DNA of 64,000 nt, taken from assembly GCF_964194155.1 (NCBI RefSeq), contig NC_135885.1, forward strand, positions 57,784,001 to 57,848,000, given 5' to 3'. The notes beneath the pieces are model-generated. The model was not told where the DNA came from. It searched no databases and was given only the letters and a program-made list of their open reading frames with translations. The position numbers and the translations under genes are program-made. Below are positions 38,245 to 50,750 of the stretch, piece after piece (position 1 is the stretch's first letter; each line of letters begins with the position of its first letter). Source of the DNA: Cetorhinus maximus. Its lineage: Eukaryota.

Positions 38245-38609
38245 GTATAGTTAGGAGAAAGGTGAAATATAAGCTGGTCTAAGATGGGGGGGCGGGGGGA
38301 GAGAGAAGTTGAGGGTGTAGTGATTGTGGAGATAAGCAAGCAGTGATAGGAGCAGATAATCAAAAGATGTCACAAACAAAAGGATCAAAGAGGTGTTGAA
38401 GGTGGTGATATTGTCTAAGAAAAGTGCTAATTAAGAATGGAAGACAGGATACTCAAGGTACAGCTCTAGTGGGGGTGGGGTGGAAAGACTAACAAAGTTT
38501 TAGTTTTAGATTTAAAAATAACGGAAATAGGTGGGAAAAGAAGAATCTATATAAATTATTGAAAAAAGGGAGGGGGGAGAAACGGGGTGGGGATGGGGGG
38601 AGGGGGAGT

Positions 38610-41362
38610 TTAAGATCTAAAGTTGTTGAATTCAATATTCAGCCCGGAAGGCTGTAAAGTGCCTAGTCGGAAGATGAGGTGCTGTTCCTCCAGTTTGCGT
38701 TGGGCTTCACTGGAACAATGCAGCAAGCCAAGGACAGACATGTGGGCAAGAGAACAGGGTGGAGTGTTAAAATGGCAAGCGACAGGGAGGTTTGGGTCTT
38801 TCTTACGGACAGACCGCAGGTGTTCTGCAAAGCGGTCGCCCAGTTTGCGTTTGGTCTCTCCAATGTAGAGGAGACCACATTGGGAGCAACGAATGCAGTA
38901 GACTAAGTTAGGGGAAATGCAAGTGAAATGCTGCTTCACTTGAAAGGAGTGTTTGGCCCTTGGACGGTGAGGAGAGAGGAAGTGAAGGGGCAGGTGTTGC
39001 ATCTTCTGCGTGGGCATGGGGAGGTGCCATAGGTGGGGGTTGAGGAGTAGGGGGTGATGGAGGAGTGGACCAGGGTGTCACGGAGGGGACGATCCCTACG
39101 GAATGCCGTCAGGGGGGGTGAAGGGAAGATGTATTTAGTGGTGGCATCATGCTGGAGTTGGCGGAAATGGCGGAGGATGATCCTTTGAATGCGGAGGCTG
39201 GTGGGGTGATAAGTGAGGACAAGGGGGACCCTATCATGTTTCTGGGAAGGAGGAGAAGGCGTGAGGGAGGATGCGCGGGATATGGGCCGGACACGGTTGA
39301 GGGGCCTGTCAACGACCGTGGGTGGAAAACCTCGGTTAAGGAAGAAGGAGGACATGTCAGAGGAGCTGTTTTTGAAGGTAGCGTCATCAGAACAGATGCG
39401 ACGGAAGCGAAGGAACTGAGAGAATGGGATGGAGTCCTTACAGGAAGCGGGGTGTGAGGAGCTGTAGTCGTGGTAGCTGTGGGAGTCGGTAGGCTTGTAA
39501 TGGATATTGGTGGACAGTCTATCATCAGAAATTGAGACAGAGAGGTCAAGGAAGGGAAGAGAAGTGTCAGAGATGGACCATGTGAAAATGATGGAGGGGT
39601 GGAGATTGGAAGCAAAATTAATAAATTTTTCCAGGTCCCGACGAGAGCATGAAGCAGCACCAAAGTAATCATCGATGTACCGGAGAAAGAGTTGTGGGAG
39701 GGGGCCGGAGTAGGACTGGAACAAGGAATGTTCCACATACCCCATAAAGAGACAGGCATAACTGGGGCCCATGCGGGTACCCATAGCTACACCTTTTATT
39801 TGGAGGAAGTGAGAGGAGTTAAAGGAGAAATTGTTCAGTGTGAGAACAAATTCAGCCAGACGGAGGAGAGTAGTGGTGGATGGGGATTGTTCGGGCTTCT
39901 GTTCAAGGAAGAAGCTAAGGGCCCTCAGACCATCCTGGTGGGGGATGGAGGTGTAGAGGGATTGGACATCCATGGTGAAGAGGAAGCGGTTGGGGCCAGG
40001 GAACTGGAAATTGTTGATGTGACGTAAGGTGTCAGAGGAATCACGGATGTAGGTGGGAAGGGACTGGACAAGGGGAGAGAGAAGGGAGTCAAGATAACGA
40101 GAAATGAGTTCCATGGGGCAGGAACAGGCTGACATGATCGGTCTGCCAGGACAGTTCTGTTTGTGGATTTTGGGTAGGAGGTAGAAGCGGGCCGTCTGAG
40201 GTTGGGCGACTATCAAGTTGGAAGCTGTGGGAGGAAGATCTCCAGAGGAGATGAGGTCAGTGACAGTCCTGGAAACAATGGCTTGATGTTCTGTGGTGGG
40301 GTCATGGTCCAGGGAGAGGTAGGAGGAAGTGTCTGCGAGTTGACACTCAGCCTCCGCGAGGTAGAGGTCAATGCGCCAGACAACAACAGTACCACCCTTG
40401 TCAGCGGGTTTGATGACAATGTTGGGGTTGGACCTGAGAGAACGGAGTGCAGTGAGTTCAGAGAGAGACAGATTAGAATGGGTGAGAGGAGCAGAGAAAT
40501 TGAGACGGCTAATGTCACACCGACAGTTCTCAATGAAAAGATCAAGAGAAGGTAAGAATCCAGAGGGAGGGGTCCAGGTGGAGGGAGAATATTGGAGGTG
40601 GGTAAAAGGATCCGTTGAACGGGGAGAGGATTCCTGCCCAAAGAAGTGAGCACGGAGACGAAGACAGCGGAAGAAGAGTTCAGCATCATGCCGAGCCCGA
40701 AATTCATTGAGATGAGGGCGTAAGGGCATGAAACTAAGTCCTTTGCTGAGCACTGAACGTTCAGCATCGGAGAGGGGAAGGTCAGGGGGTATAGTGAATA
40801 CGTGGCTGGGGCTGGGATTGGAAGATGGGGTGGGGACGGAGAGACAAGCAGGGGTGGAGGGTCCCAGATGGGTGTTGGTGTCGATGAGTTGTTGGAGCTT
40901 GCGTTCCTTAGCACTTAAGAGAAAGAGAAAAAGTTTCTTGTTGAGGCGACGGATGAGGCGAAGAATAAAATGAAACTGGGGGCACGCGCAGCTTTGAGAA
41001 AGGGTGCGGCGGTGCTGCTGGAGGGAGAGGTCGAGTGTGTTCATATGGCGGCGCATGGCACTGAGTGTGGATCTCAGAATGCGACGGGAACAGCAGTCCG
41101 AGAAACGTTTTATGTCCCGGAGATACCTGTAATCCTGGGTGGGTTTGAAACAAGAGGGATGGAATTTCAGTTGAAATCCACGTGGGGTGAGTCGGAGACG
41201 GAGACAGTCACTGAGAAAGGAGATATGGCTGTGAAAGCGGGTTTTAGTAAACACCTTGTCAAACACCAGGAGAGAAATGGAAAGCAATGAAGGTGAGCAG
41301 GGCAGAAGAGACAGGCGGAAATCCTGTCGGAGAACAGAACCATACTTCTTCAGAGAGGACAT
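38610..41362 (-). CDS. PLE reverse transcriptase-GIY-YIG endonuclease, one frameshift near 38956
   Basis: Motifs IKPADKG, LPKIHK, DVQSLYTSIP, GVAMG, RYIDD; Cys linker CPRRRCNTC; then NLVYCIRC..C...YIGET...RFAEH in the next frame. Confidence 0.92.
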
Positions 41363-41958
41363 TTCTTGAAGAGAGGTGGCAGTCAATTAAACACAGAGAT
41401 AAAAACAAAAAGCTAAAAGCTACTGCGGATGCTGGAAATCCAAAACAAAACGATGCATGAGATGTTTCCTTGATGTCCTAATCTTTTGTCCAACTCTATC
41501 TTACAGGCTTGTCATTGTTATTGCTTATCTGTAAGCCTATGGTTCTTTACGTTTTGGTATAATACAAGCCCCCCTTTGCTCTTAGATGTTAAGTATGTGG
41601 GTCTCCTAGGCTTTTGAGTTCAATATTGAAAGTTTTTTTCCTCTTATTCATGTTCCATACTTTCTATTAACTCCACAGAGTCATGGCATCTTCTTCTCAA
41701 AATTCTCAGATTTTGATTCAGAAAGCTTTTATGATTAGGAAATCAGATCATTAACTGTGACCAGGAGAAAGTGTCATGCAACATAAGCAATAAAAAAAGG
41801 TGATCTTTTTGTTTGAAGATTCCAAAGTACATTAGTAAAATTCCAACTGTGTCACAATGTGGAATAAAATATTAAATATCGCAAAATCACAGAAAATTGT
41901 ATTTAGAAGCATAGATGTTTACAGCAAAGAAAAATACAATTCAGGGCATCATGTTTGG

Positions 41959-42213
41959 ACATTCCCAAAATCCTATGTATTAAGCCTTTTGTTTTATCTG
42001 AATTTTAAGGAAGTGCCTGACTTAATGGAAGATTCTTGTAGAAGGACAAATCATTTCCTACCTATCCTATCAATTTCCTTCATTATTATATACACTGCAT
42101 TCAGATTACTCCTTAATCTGCTCCTTTCCAGAGAATATAATCCAAATTTAGCCATTCTCCAGGTTTGAAAAGTGAGATACTTGAATGTTACACCCTTGAT
42201 GTGATCAAATTGT
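41959..42213 (+). repeat. 255-bp direct repeat, copy 1
   Basis: Three mismatches counted against 43408-43662. Confidence 0.95.
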
Positions 42214-42438
42214 CAGTTGCCAGTTGTTTGCTGGAGAAATCCAAAATTAACCCCATTGTCCTGTTCTCTCCCACTATAACCTTTTATATTTTAAGAGCTT
42301 TGAATAACACCTCTTATAGTTTTAAACTGAATTATCTTAGAGTATAAAGCTAGAATTAACAACAGCATGTTCATATCCTGATAATTTTAAGTGTATAAGA
42401 ACTCACTGGAGATAGTGCGCTATAATATCAAGCCCCAC

Positions 42439-43410
42439 TGTTCCCCGAGCCACGACAAATGTGAAAAGTTTGACCAAGCCACCAGATTGCCCCAATTCAG
42501 GTTAACAGAATACGAGCACCAGGTTTGTAAACTTGATAAGTAAATAACTGTTTATTGAACAAACTGTCATTAACTAGTGGCAAAAGAAAGAAATAGGAAT
42601 TGCTAATTTCTAACTCTATAGCTTAAGCTCTACCCCTCTTAAATCCCTATACGCACACAGGACACATAAGACACAGAAATCATGGATTTTAAGGGTGAGA
42701 TAAAACAGTTCAATAGCACCAATTCCGGAGTACAGGATTCAATGAGTTGATTTTGATTGATGTTTTCCAAATTCCTCTCAGTTCTTATTGATGACATGAG
42801 GTGGTCTTCCAGCACTCTCAATCTGTAGTTCACTGGTTGAGCACTTGTTTCTAACAGTGTTTTCCCCTTTGCCTCGTGAGAGGGGTTTTCAGAGAGCGAG
42901 AGCAGAGGAGAAAAATCCAGCTAGCTATTATTGTGGAATTACTGGAATCTTCCACACACAGCAGAAAGAGGTTTTAGGTCTTGTTCCTTTCAGGCTAGGA
43001 ACTATTCTGCTCCAGTGCCCTCATGCAAAACCTGGTCACCTTGTCAGGAGCCAATTAAAACGTTGTTGCCAGGCAGCTCCTTTGGTCCAGGATTCCCTTC
43101 TGGTACCATCCTGTCTTTCATTGCACACTGTTCCAAGACTGCAACATTGTATATATCTCTCATCCTGTTCCAGTGGATATGTCTTTCAAACTGCAGCCAT
43201 TGTAATTTTACTCCACAGTCCAACAGAAAATAAAAAGATATGTTCCTTACAAGCATAAGGAGTAAGTTGGTACATTGGGCTTGTTTTATCATTTTAGCCA
43301 TTTGTTACCTTTTTAATCTAATTTTCTATCCTCTCTAACCATCACTTCCCAAGTGATTGTCCATATATCATGTAATTACCTCAATTTATTCTGCATCAAC
43401 GGCATCCACA
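42439..43410 (-). mobile_element. Solo LTR (about 970 bp)
   Basis: TGT...ACA ends; AATAAA on the minus strand near 42555; no short TSD found. Confidence 0.6.
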
Positions 43411-43662
43411 TTCCCAAAATCCTATGTATTAAGCCTTTTGTTTTATCTGAATTTTAAGGAAGTGCCTGACTTAATGGAAGATTCTTGTAGAAGGACAAAT
43501 CATTTCCTATCTATCCTATCAATTTCCTTCATTATTATATACACTGCATTCAGATTACTCCTTAATCTGCTCCTTTCTAGAGAATATAATCCAAATTTAG
43601 CCATTCTCCAGGTTTGAAAAGTGAGATACTTGAGTGTTACACCCTTGATGTGATCAAATTGT
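43408..43662 (+). repeat. 255-bp direct repeat, copy 2
   Basis: Starts at the LTR terminus; near-identical to 41959-42213. Confidence 0.95.
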
Positions 43663-43697
43663 AACATAAGAAATATGTATGGTGAACAGGAGTTTTG

Positions 43698-43790
43698 AAA
43701 TAAAAATAGAAAATGCTAAAAATACACAAGCAGGTCTGGCAGTATCTGTCGAGAGGGAAACAGTTAACATTTCAGGTCTAGTACCTTGCT
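43698..43790 (-). mobile_element. PLE terminal-repeat fragment with the 3' half of a hammerhead
   Basis: Minus strand AGGT-ACTAG-ACCT-GAAATGTT-AACTG; the CTGANGA part is missing. Confidence 0.7.
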
Positions 43791-44923
43791 AAAGTATCCA
43801 GTTCTAAAGTATAGCAGTACATCCATTAACCATTTTTGCATCTGAAGTGTATAACCTCACACTTGTGTTAAACTGCAGCCAACATTGTCTTCATTGCAAT
43901 TCACTCTGGGCCCAAAAACTGCAGTATCAGTCCACTACTATAATTATGGCAAAGCAGTATTTATGACACACCAATGATCCAATACCTGATCCTGGTAACA
44001 GGCAACGTGGGTAACAGCACAAAATGCCAACTAACCCTGCCACAAAACAAATCCCTGGGTCAGTTTCTATGGGGCAGAGATCCAATGATAATGGGTGTCA
44101 TCTTGTTTTCTGCAACCATAAGTCCCCTCCTGCCTTTAAAACATTCAGGACCTATACTCCTAGCATGGTAACATCTGCAAACTGAGATGTGCTCTCTTCT
44201 ATTTCCAAATCTAGATCAAGGTGGTGAAAAGCTGGGGCCTAACATAGTCTCAGATCATCAGCCAATTGAATCTGTCTCTTTTATCTCAAATCTATCTCCC
44301 ACCTCTGATCCAATTTTCTAAAAATGCTATGAGGTTACCTTCAAATTCAGTTTTAGCTAGTAATCCTATAAAGACCTTATAAAATATCTTCTGAATATCT
44401 GTGTGAATTGTATCCATCAATCTTCCTCACCACCCCTCCCGCCCTACCTCCACTATCTACCACCTCAGTGATTCCATTCAATTAGTAAAAGATAGCCCAA
44501 TTGTCATAAAATCAAGCTGAATTTCCCTAATCATCTTATATTAATTCTGCAGAGAAGAAAATTTGCCAGCGTCTGTTCACATACCAGGTTAAATTAAAAA
44601 TATCGGTCTCAGTCTTAGCCTGGATTTCAGCCAAGCTTTCATAACATGAACTGAATATAAACTTGTCAAGATTAGTGGTATGTTTAAAATTAAAAATTGA
44701 ATATTATTCAATTTTTTAAACAGTCCTTACGATAGGGTATTAATCAAACAAGTTTTGCTATATTGGATAAAATTAGGCTAAATTTATATATGCATTATAA
44801 TAATGGTTTATTTTCAGGAGGATAATAGTTTTGTATTTTATTTTAGTTAAACGTAAGAACCTGGAGTTTCCATTAACTTGAGCTGTTTTTTTCAGCAGTT
44901 ACCCCAAAATTGGCAAAACCATA

Positions 44924-45543
44924 CAGTAAGTCCTTGTTTGAAGTTCTGGTTGTGTTCCTGGAAATTGTGACTTTAAGTGAAACAACTTAATGTGAATTAT
45001 GGGTTGCCAGAGGAATCAATGTTAAAGCTGGAGTTAGGTTCCCTCTGACATTTCTCACCCGGAATAAAACAATGTACAAGTTGAAATACTGTACCATTCA
45101 TGTGTAGCGCTGTGCATTGCTAGCTAAAATAACTCGTGAAACAAAATAAATCACTAAATATAAAAGAAACCCTCATGTTTGAAAGTGATTTAAAAAGTTT
45201 CACCCACAGCAAAACTCCAAAAATTAAAAAAAACTCTGTTTTGGATGCCTGTTTTAAAAAAAGAAAAATCAATGTTGCTTCGAATACCACACTACTAGCA
45301 ATGGCACCGACCCGACAAAACCCAACGTGCACAGCACAATGATGAGTGATATGTGATTACAACGGGTGGCGATGACGCTTACTGCACAATGACATGCGAA
45401 CAACAATGACGCGAGAACTGCAATGATGCGCAACAAATGATGACGCAAAACAACGCTACACTGCAAATCGCAATTTAACTCAGGGAAACTGGACCTAAAG
45501 CAAAAACATTATAATGAAGCAACTTAAGAACGAGAACTTGCTG
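44924..45543. mobile_element. Tc1/mariner-pogo (Tigger-like) non-autonomous element
   Basis: TA|CAGTAAGTCCTTGTT ... AACGAGAACTTGCTG|TA: imperfect TIRs with a TA TSD. Confidence 0.8.
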
Positions 45544-46053
45544 TACCAAAAGATCATGGAATTTCAAGCGCAAGTTACATCCAGTGCAAGTTGAGATTCT
45601 GCAGCCTTTTGCTGAAGTGAATTGTCACCCTAACCCATTTTTGGGGGCTACCCCAGATCAGGAGCACTCCCTTAATAATCACCCGCACAAGTTAAAAATA
45701 GTCACTTCCCATAGACACTTATTTTGGGTCTGAGCAAGTGAACCACTTTTCCCCAAGAAGGATAATCATCAAGAGATATTACCTTCTTCCAGATAGCCTT
45801 TTAAATAATTATCAGCTAGGTTATAATTACCCAGATATTATAAGGGTCCAGGGAACTCTCTTCAAAACATTGTATCTCCCCACTTTAGGAAATACAGAGA
45901 GGGTGTTCTTAAGTTGCTTACAGAAAACTATGAGAGACGTTATATTTTATTAACTTATTTACAAACTTATTAAAGAACCTCTTAACATGCAATGCACTTA
46001 AAAGTGGATAAGTACATTGCAACGTTAAAGACTATAGAAAGATGGAAAACATG

Positions 46054-46185
46054 GGGTGGAATTTTATGGCCCCTCCGCTGGTGAGATTTTCCAGTCCCGC
46101 CGAAGTCAATGGACTTTTGAATGGTGCACTGCATTTTCCTGCCCTGGCCCACCCTTGCCACGATAGGGCCGTAAAATTCTGTCCC
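46054..46185. mobile_element. Small Harbinger-type MITE
   Basis: TIRs GGGTGGAATTTTATGGCCC / GGGCCGTAAAATTCTGTCCC, followed by TAA. Confidence 0.75.
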
Positions 46186-46339
46186 TAATCTTAATTCTAA
46201 TATAGAATCCGGTAATAGAGACTTTAAAAACTAAAACTAAAAAATCTCTTAGGACGTCCATCACATATTTAAAGCAAAGTATTACCTTAAATCCCCGAAT
46301 TGTTTCAGCTGTTTGAACAGCAGGATACAAAAAAACTAA

Positions 46340-47026
46340 GGGCAGGATTTTCCCCCTGTCGGGGGCGAAGTTGAATGGTGCGTGCGCACAGGTCTGCTTC
46401 CGATCAGTGCCCCCGATTGGGGGCGTGGCGCCATTTTATGTGGACGGACCAACTAAGGCCCACCCAGTGCGACGTCTGCACAGAAGCGCATTGCGCTCCC
46501 TGTGCGGGCGGGGAATCCCTAAATCGAGAGTGTGCTCTTTCGCGCATGCGCACGAAAGAGCACACTCATCTCCTTGAGGCCAAGTGCTGCCTCAGGGAGA
46601 TCGGCTGTTCTGTGACAAATATTAAAAATAGAAAAAAAAAGACATTCCTGACATGTCCCCTCATGTGACACTGTCACATGAGTTGGGGCATGTCCATAAT
46701 TTTTACAAAAACTTTAATAACATTTTTAAAAACCTACATGGATGAGGTTTCATGCTTTCTCTAATTCCCGCCGGGGCTCCTGGCCTGCCCGCCAAATTTA
46801 AGGTTGGACGGGCAGGTTCATTAATTAGCTAAATGACTCAGTCAGTGGCCTCAATTGGTCATTGACAGGTCAGCAGGCGCACAACTGATTTTGCTGCACC
46901 CCCGCCTACCTGAAAATTTAAATGAGGCGCGATGACGTCGGGAGTTCTGCCCGATGTCACCATGCGTCATTTTATGCGTCAGCAAGCGGGCCCCGCCCCC
47001 CGCTCACCGACGGGAAAACCCTGCCC
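46340..47026. mobile_element. Harbinger MITE, copy 1
   Basis: TAA|GGGCAGGATTTTCC ... GGAAAACCCTGCCC|TAT. Confidence 0.85.
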
Positions 47027-47405
47027 TATTTGTTTAAAGTGTCCAACTCTTTGACAACCTGAGAAGCATTGATTTAAGGTTTCCTTTTAAATCCTTCTTC
47101 AATACTTGTGCTTTTCTGGAGAAAGCCTGTATCTTCTATATCCCACTGAACTAAATTACATCATCTCTAGCAGCTATGGGTGCTGCTTCCTTGTGTAAGC
47201 TCCTCCCTTTTAATTATCCCTTATAATTCACTATTATTTAATTGTTGAAGATAGTCTTATGTGAACGTTGTGAGAACTTATCTGGTCAATAAGTGCTTGT
47301 GATGTGTTCTAATATCAATGTTAATTAATTTCACTTGCTTCCATATTTTCATAGTGATTTTGATAAAGTGATTTTGAACTTTTGACACAGGAATAGTGAT
47401 TCTTA

Positions 47406-48109
47406 GGGCTGAATTGTCCCCCCATTGGGGGTGGGAATTTGATGGGCGGGCACGCTTCCGATCAGCGCCCCCAATCGGAGGCGTGGTGCCATTTTACATG
47501 GGTGGGCCAATTAAGGCCCACCCAGCATGACGTCCATATGGAAGCGCTATCCGCTCCCTGTGCGGGCGGGAGGAGGATTCCTAAAATCAAGAGCGTGCTC
47601 TTTCACGCATACACATGAAAAAGAGCACTCATCTCCCTGAGGCAAAGTGCAGCCTCAGGGAAATCGGCTCTAAATGTGAAAACCCTGAAAATAGAAAAAT
47701 AAAATTTCCTTAACATGTCCCCTGATGTAACAATGTCACATGAGTTGGGACATGTTCATAATTTCCAAAAAAAAACTTTATTAAAATTTTTAAAACCCTA
47801 CATGAAACCTCATCCTGCCGGTGGATGAGGTTTCATGTTTTTTCTCATTTCCACCGGGGCTCCGGGCCTGCCCGCCAACCTTAAGGTTGGACGGGTAGGT
47901 CCACTAATTCCTTTAATTGATCTGTCAATGGCCTCAATTGGCCATTGGCAGGTCGGCAGACGCGCAGCTGATTTTGCTGTTCCCCCGCCTTCCTGAAAAT
48001 TTAAATGGGGTGCGGTGACATCAGGAGTTCCGCCCGATGTCACCGTGTGTCATTTTATGCGTCAGCGAGCGGGCCCCGCCCCCCTCTCACCGACGGTAAA
48101 ATCCAGTCC
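47406..48109. mobile_element. Harbinger MITE, copy 2
   Basis: TTA|GGGCTGAATT ... AAAATCCAGTCC|TTA; colinear with copy 1. Confidence 0.88.
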
Positions 48110-49919
48110 TTAAAGTTGTTCTTTTCTAGCTCAGTAAAGGCTACATTATTATAGAATCTGTCTTTTGTACCAGGTGTCTGATAATGTTTAATTCTGACTT
48201 TTAGAAGCACACTCATCTTTCATGATATGCAGAGCTAAACTTAAGAATGCCTTTTTAATAGGAAAAAACAGCAAATTCCAGACTGAAATGCTATTAATAT
48301 GTGTTATCACCTTTTTAAAAAAGTCCTTTGGTATGAATAAGGCATTTAAATTGTGAAAGGATAGTCCTATCATTACCTATTTCCAAAAAAAAAGCAGGAG
48401 CACAAGAATTCCAGTGGATCCTACCAACATGAAGTAATGTTGTCTGTCTTTAGTTAAATTCAGAACTGTTTTGAATTAAGTTCAGTGCTGCCCACGTAGG
48501 TGTGTGAAAAGGCTTCTGGGCAAAATGGTCATCTATTGGCCTGTAACCATTTTCTCAATTCTAAAGTATAATGTCCTAATTATATATGAATTCTACCTAA
48601 TATTTATGTTCTATCCAACTATTCCTATAAACTAACGCAATGTCACAGATTAAAAAGAACTGCATGAGAAACTGATTCTGCCCACAAACTGGCTGTGCTC
48701 ACGGATTGACTTAATCACCATTGTTAGCTGCCGTTAATTGCAATGTTTCGATTTTGTTTTGATTTACTAAGAAACTGACTACTGTGCATCAATATAATTA
48801 GCAAATGGATCTGTAGTTTTTTTTAAAGTCAATTTCAGTTATTTAAAATCACAGGTGGAGGAATAGGTGCTTATTTTTGTGAGAAACCATTTTCCATCTG
48901 TACTAAAACAAACTGCATCAAGTTACTGCTTTCAAATTTATCAAAAAATGTTTTTTAATGTTAAAAATTAGAAGTTCAAAAATGTTGCCCAATTACAGGA
49001 TGGAACGTCAGGGCATCAGGATGGGAGATGAGGGCAAGGAAGTAAAGTGTGCAGGAGCATCCAGTACAGGAAATCCCTTCACATAGAGTGGAAAGACACG
49101 GAGGGAGTTTCCGACAGACTGCCCAAGAAGCAAGCAAGAGATTCCAGGGCCTCGCACTGATGAGAAACTGAATCACTCCAAGTGCTTAAGCCTCCTCAAC
49201 ATGCTGACTAGAGTTGAGGCCGAGCACAGCTTTTAGTGCCTGGATGGTGTCAGCTGCAGGCTGGATATAGCCTTAAGGCATCCTAAACGCCAATGCCTCC
49301 AGCAACATCCAGCCTGCTCCTCCATCCAGTACGTCCTCAACCCTGGTCACTTTGGTAGGCAGGGCTCTCCTTTCCACCTACCCTGTGAATCCGATCCAGG
49401 AGAATAAAGATTCCTGAGCAGCAGAGCCCACAGGCTGAGCGCTACTCCTGATGTGGTGGGGGAGTTTGACTGGAAACAATCACGTTCCAGTCCCTGAACA
49501 GATCCTGGTAAAAGTCAGGCAGCTCCTTCAAGAAGACACAAAGGCAGGGCCCAGGAGAGGGGCATGCGGATTGTGCCAAACACCTGGGCCCGGGGGCTGG
49601 GGGGTGTGCTCTGGCTCAGTGTTGTAACTGATGTCCAGAGTGAGGAGTCAGACCTGAAAGACTGTTTTTCAAAAAATTGTAACTGTCAGCCTGAGAGTAC
49701 CGATTTTTAAAAAGCCGGTTTTCAGCTAAGTTTCAGTGAGCTGCTGCACTGCCGCTTCTGATCTTCGGAAGCTTTGTGGTTCAGACTTTGATAAGCCCGC
49801 CAAAAACCCACAAAGTGCCTGAAAATCAGAAACAGCAACTGAGAGTGTTCTTGATTGAAGATATGTTCAAAAGCTGGTGAGTCCCTTAATCATTTTAGAG
49901 CTAACTGGATGCTGCGGAT

Positions 49920-50225
49920 GTCGGTGGGGTGGGTGGTGGTGGGAGGTTTGTGGGAGTGGGGGATGAGGTGAGGTGGGGATGTGTGGAGCTAGGGGTGGGT
50001 GAGGTGAGTGGATGGCAGTGAGGAAAACGGGTGGGGATGTGTGAGGGTGGGGATGAGGTGATGGGTTAGGGTGCGATGATTGGGGGGGGTGGTAGTGAGG
50101 TGATGGGGGTGAGGCCATGTGGAGGGCTGGGGTGAGGTGTGGTGAGGTGAGAGGGTTCAGGGGGAGATGGAGGTGAAGAGTGGGGGTTTTGGGGGGCTGT
50201 GGGAGTAGGGTGGGGTGGGGGGGGG
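49920..50225 (+). repeat. G-rich low-complexity tract (GGT/GGGGT/GAGGT units)
   Basis: Dense G runs visible directly. Confidence 0.8.
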
Positions 50226-50750
50226 TCACTTTTAGGGTTTAGTACCACAAAATTAAATATTGTACATGTCTCAAAATTTGCTTTTGAATTTAAACCAGCG
50301 TATAAATAGCAGCCTAAATTTTCATTATGCCCTAAAGTAGACGCAATTCTGATGACCTGCATAGTTGATGTACCAGAGGCTTGAGAATTTTGGGCATCAT
50401 CAAAATAAATGTAAGAAACTAAAAACCGGGATTGATGCAAAACAGGTTATGGAATCACTATCACCCGTTTTATTACTCTTGCAAAGTCTGGGAATTAAAT
50501 TCCTATTTATCACTAGGAGATTGCTTAAAGAAAGGGTTTACAAATCTATACACCATCCTAGGTTCACCCAAGATAGGCTGTAAATTTACAGTGTACAACA
50601 CAATTTGTATGACAGCTTCTGGGAGAAGGGGAAACAGGCCGTACTGAGTTTTTGGGCTTTATATCAATTTTACCACTACTACTGCCACTCTGCCTACTTC
50701 ATGCAGGTGTAATGAAAGAAACACAAAACCTATATTTATACAGCACCTGA

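Larger units (their letters stand above)
38099..41450 (-). mobile_element. Near-intact Penelope-like retroelement (Neptune type)
   Basis: RT plus GIY-YIG ORF; direct terminal repeat 38094-38153 / 41396-41450; 13-bp TSD CGATGC(T/A)TGAGAT at 38086-38098 and 41451-41463. Confidence 0.95.

Noticed and set aside
39109-41290. Long overlapping ORFs (216 aa, 233 aa and antisense frames) in the PLE
   Set aside because: Shadow frames of a C/T-skewed coding strand with no recognisable motifs.
41857-43617. Two similar ORFs suggesting a duplicated small gene
   Set aside because: They only reflect the 255-bp DNA duplication of decayed repeat-like sequence; no splice or coding signals.
45640-45660. TGGGGGCTACCCCAGAT as a tRNA-Pro primer-binding site
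   Set aside because: Several mismatches, and no adjacent LTR end or gag sequence.
49867-50440. His/Pro-rich ORFs
   Set aside because: Translation of a G-rich low-complexity tract.
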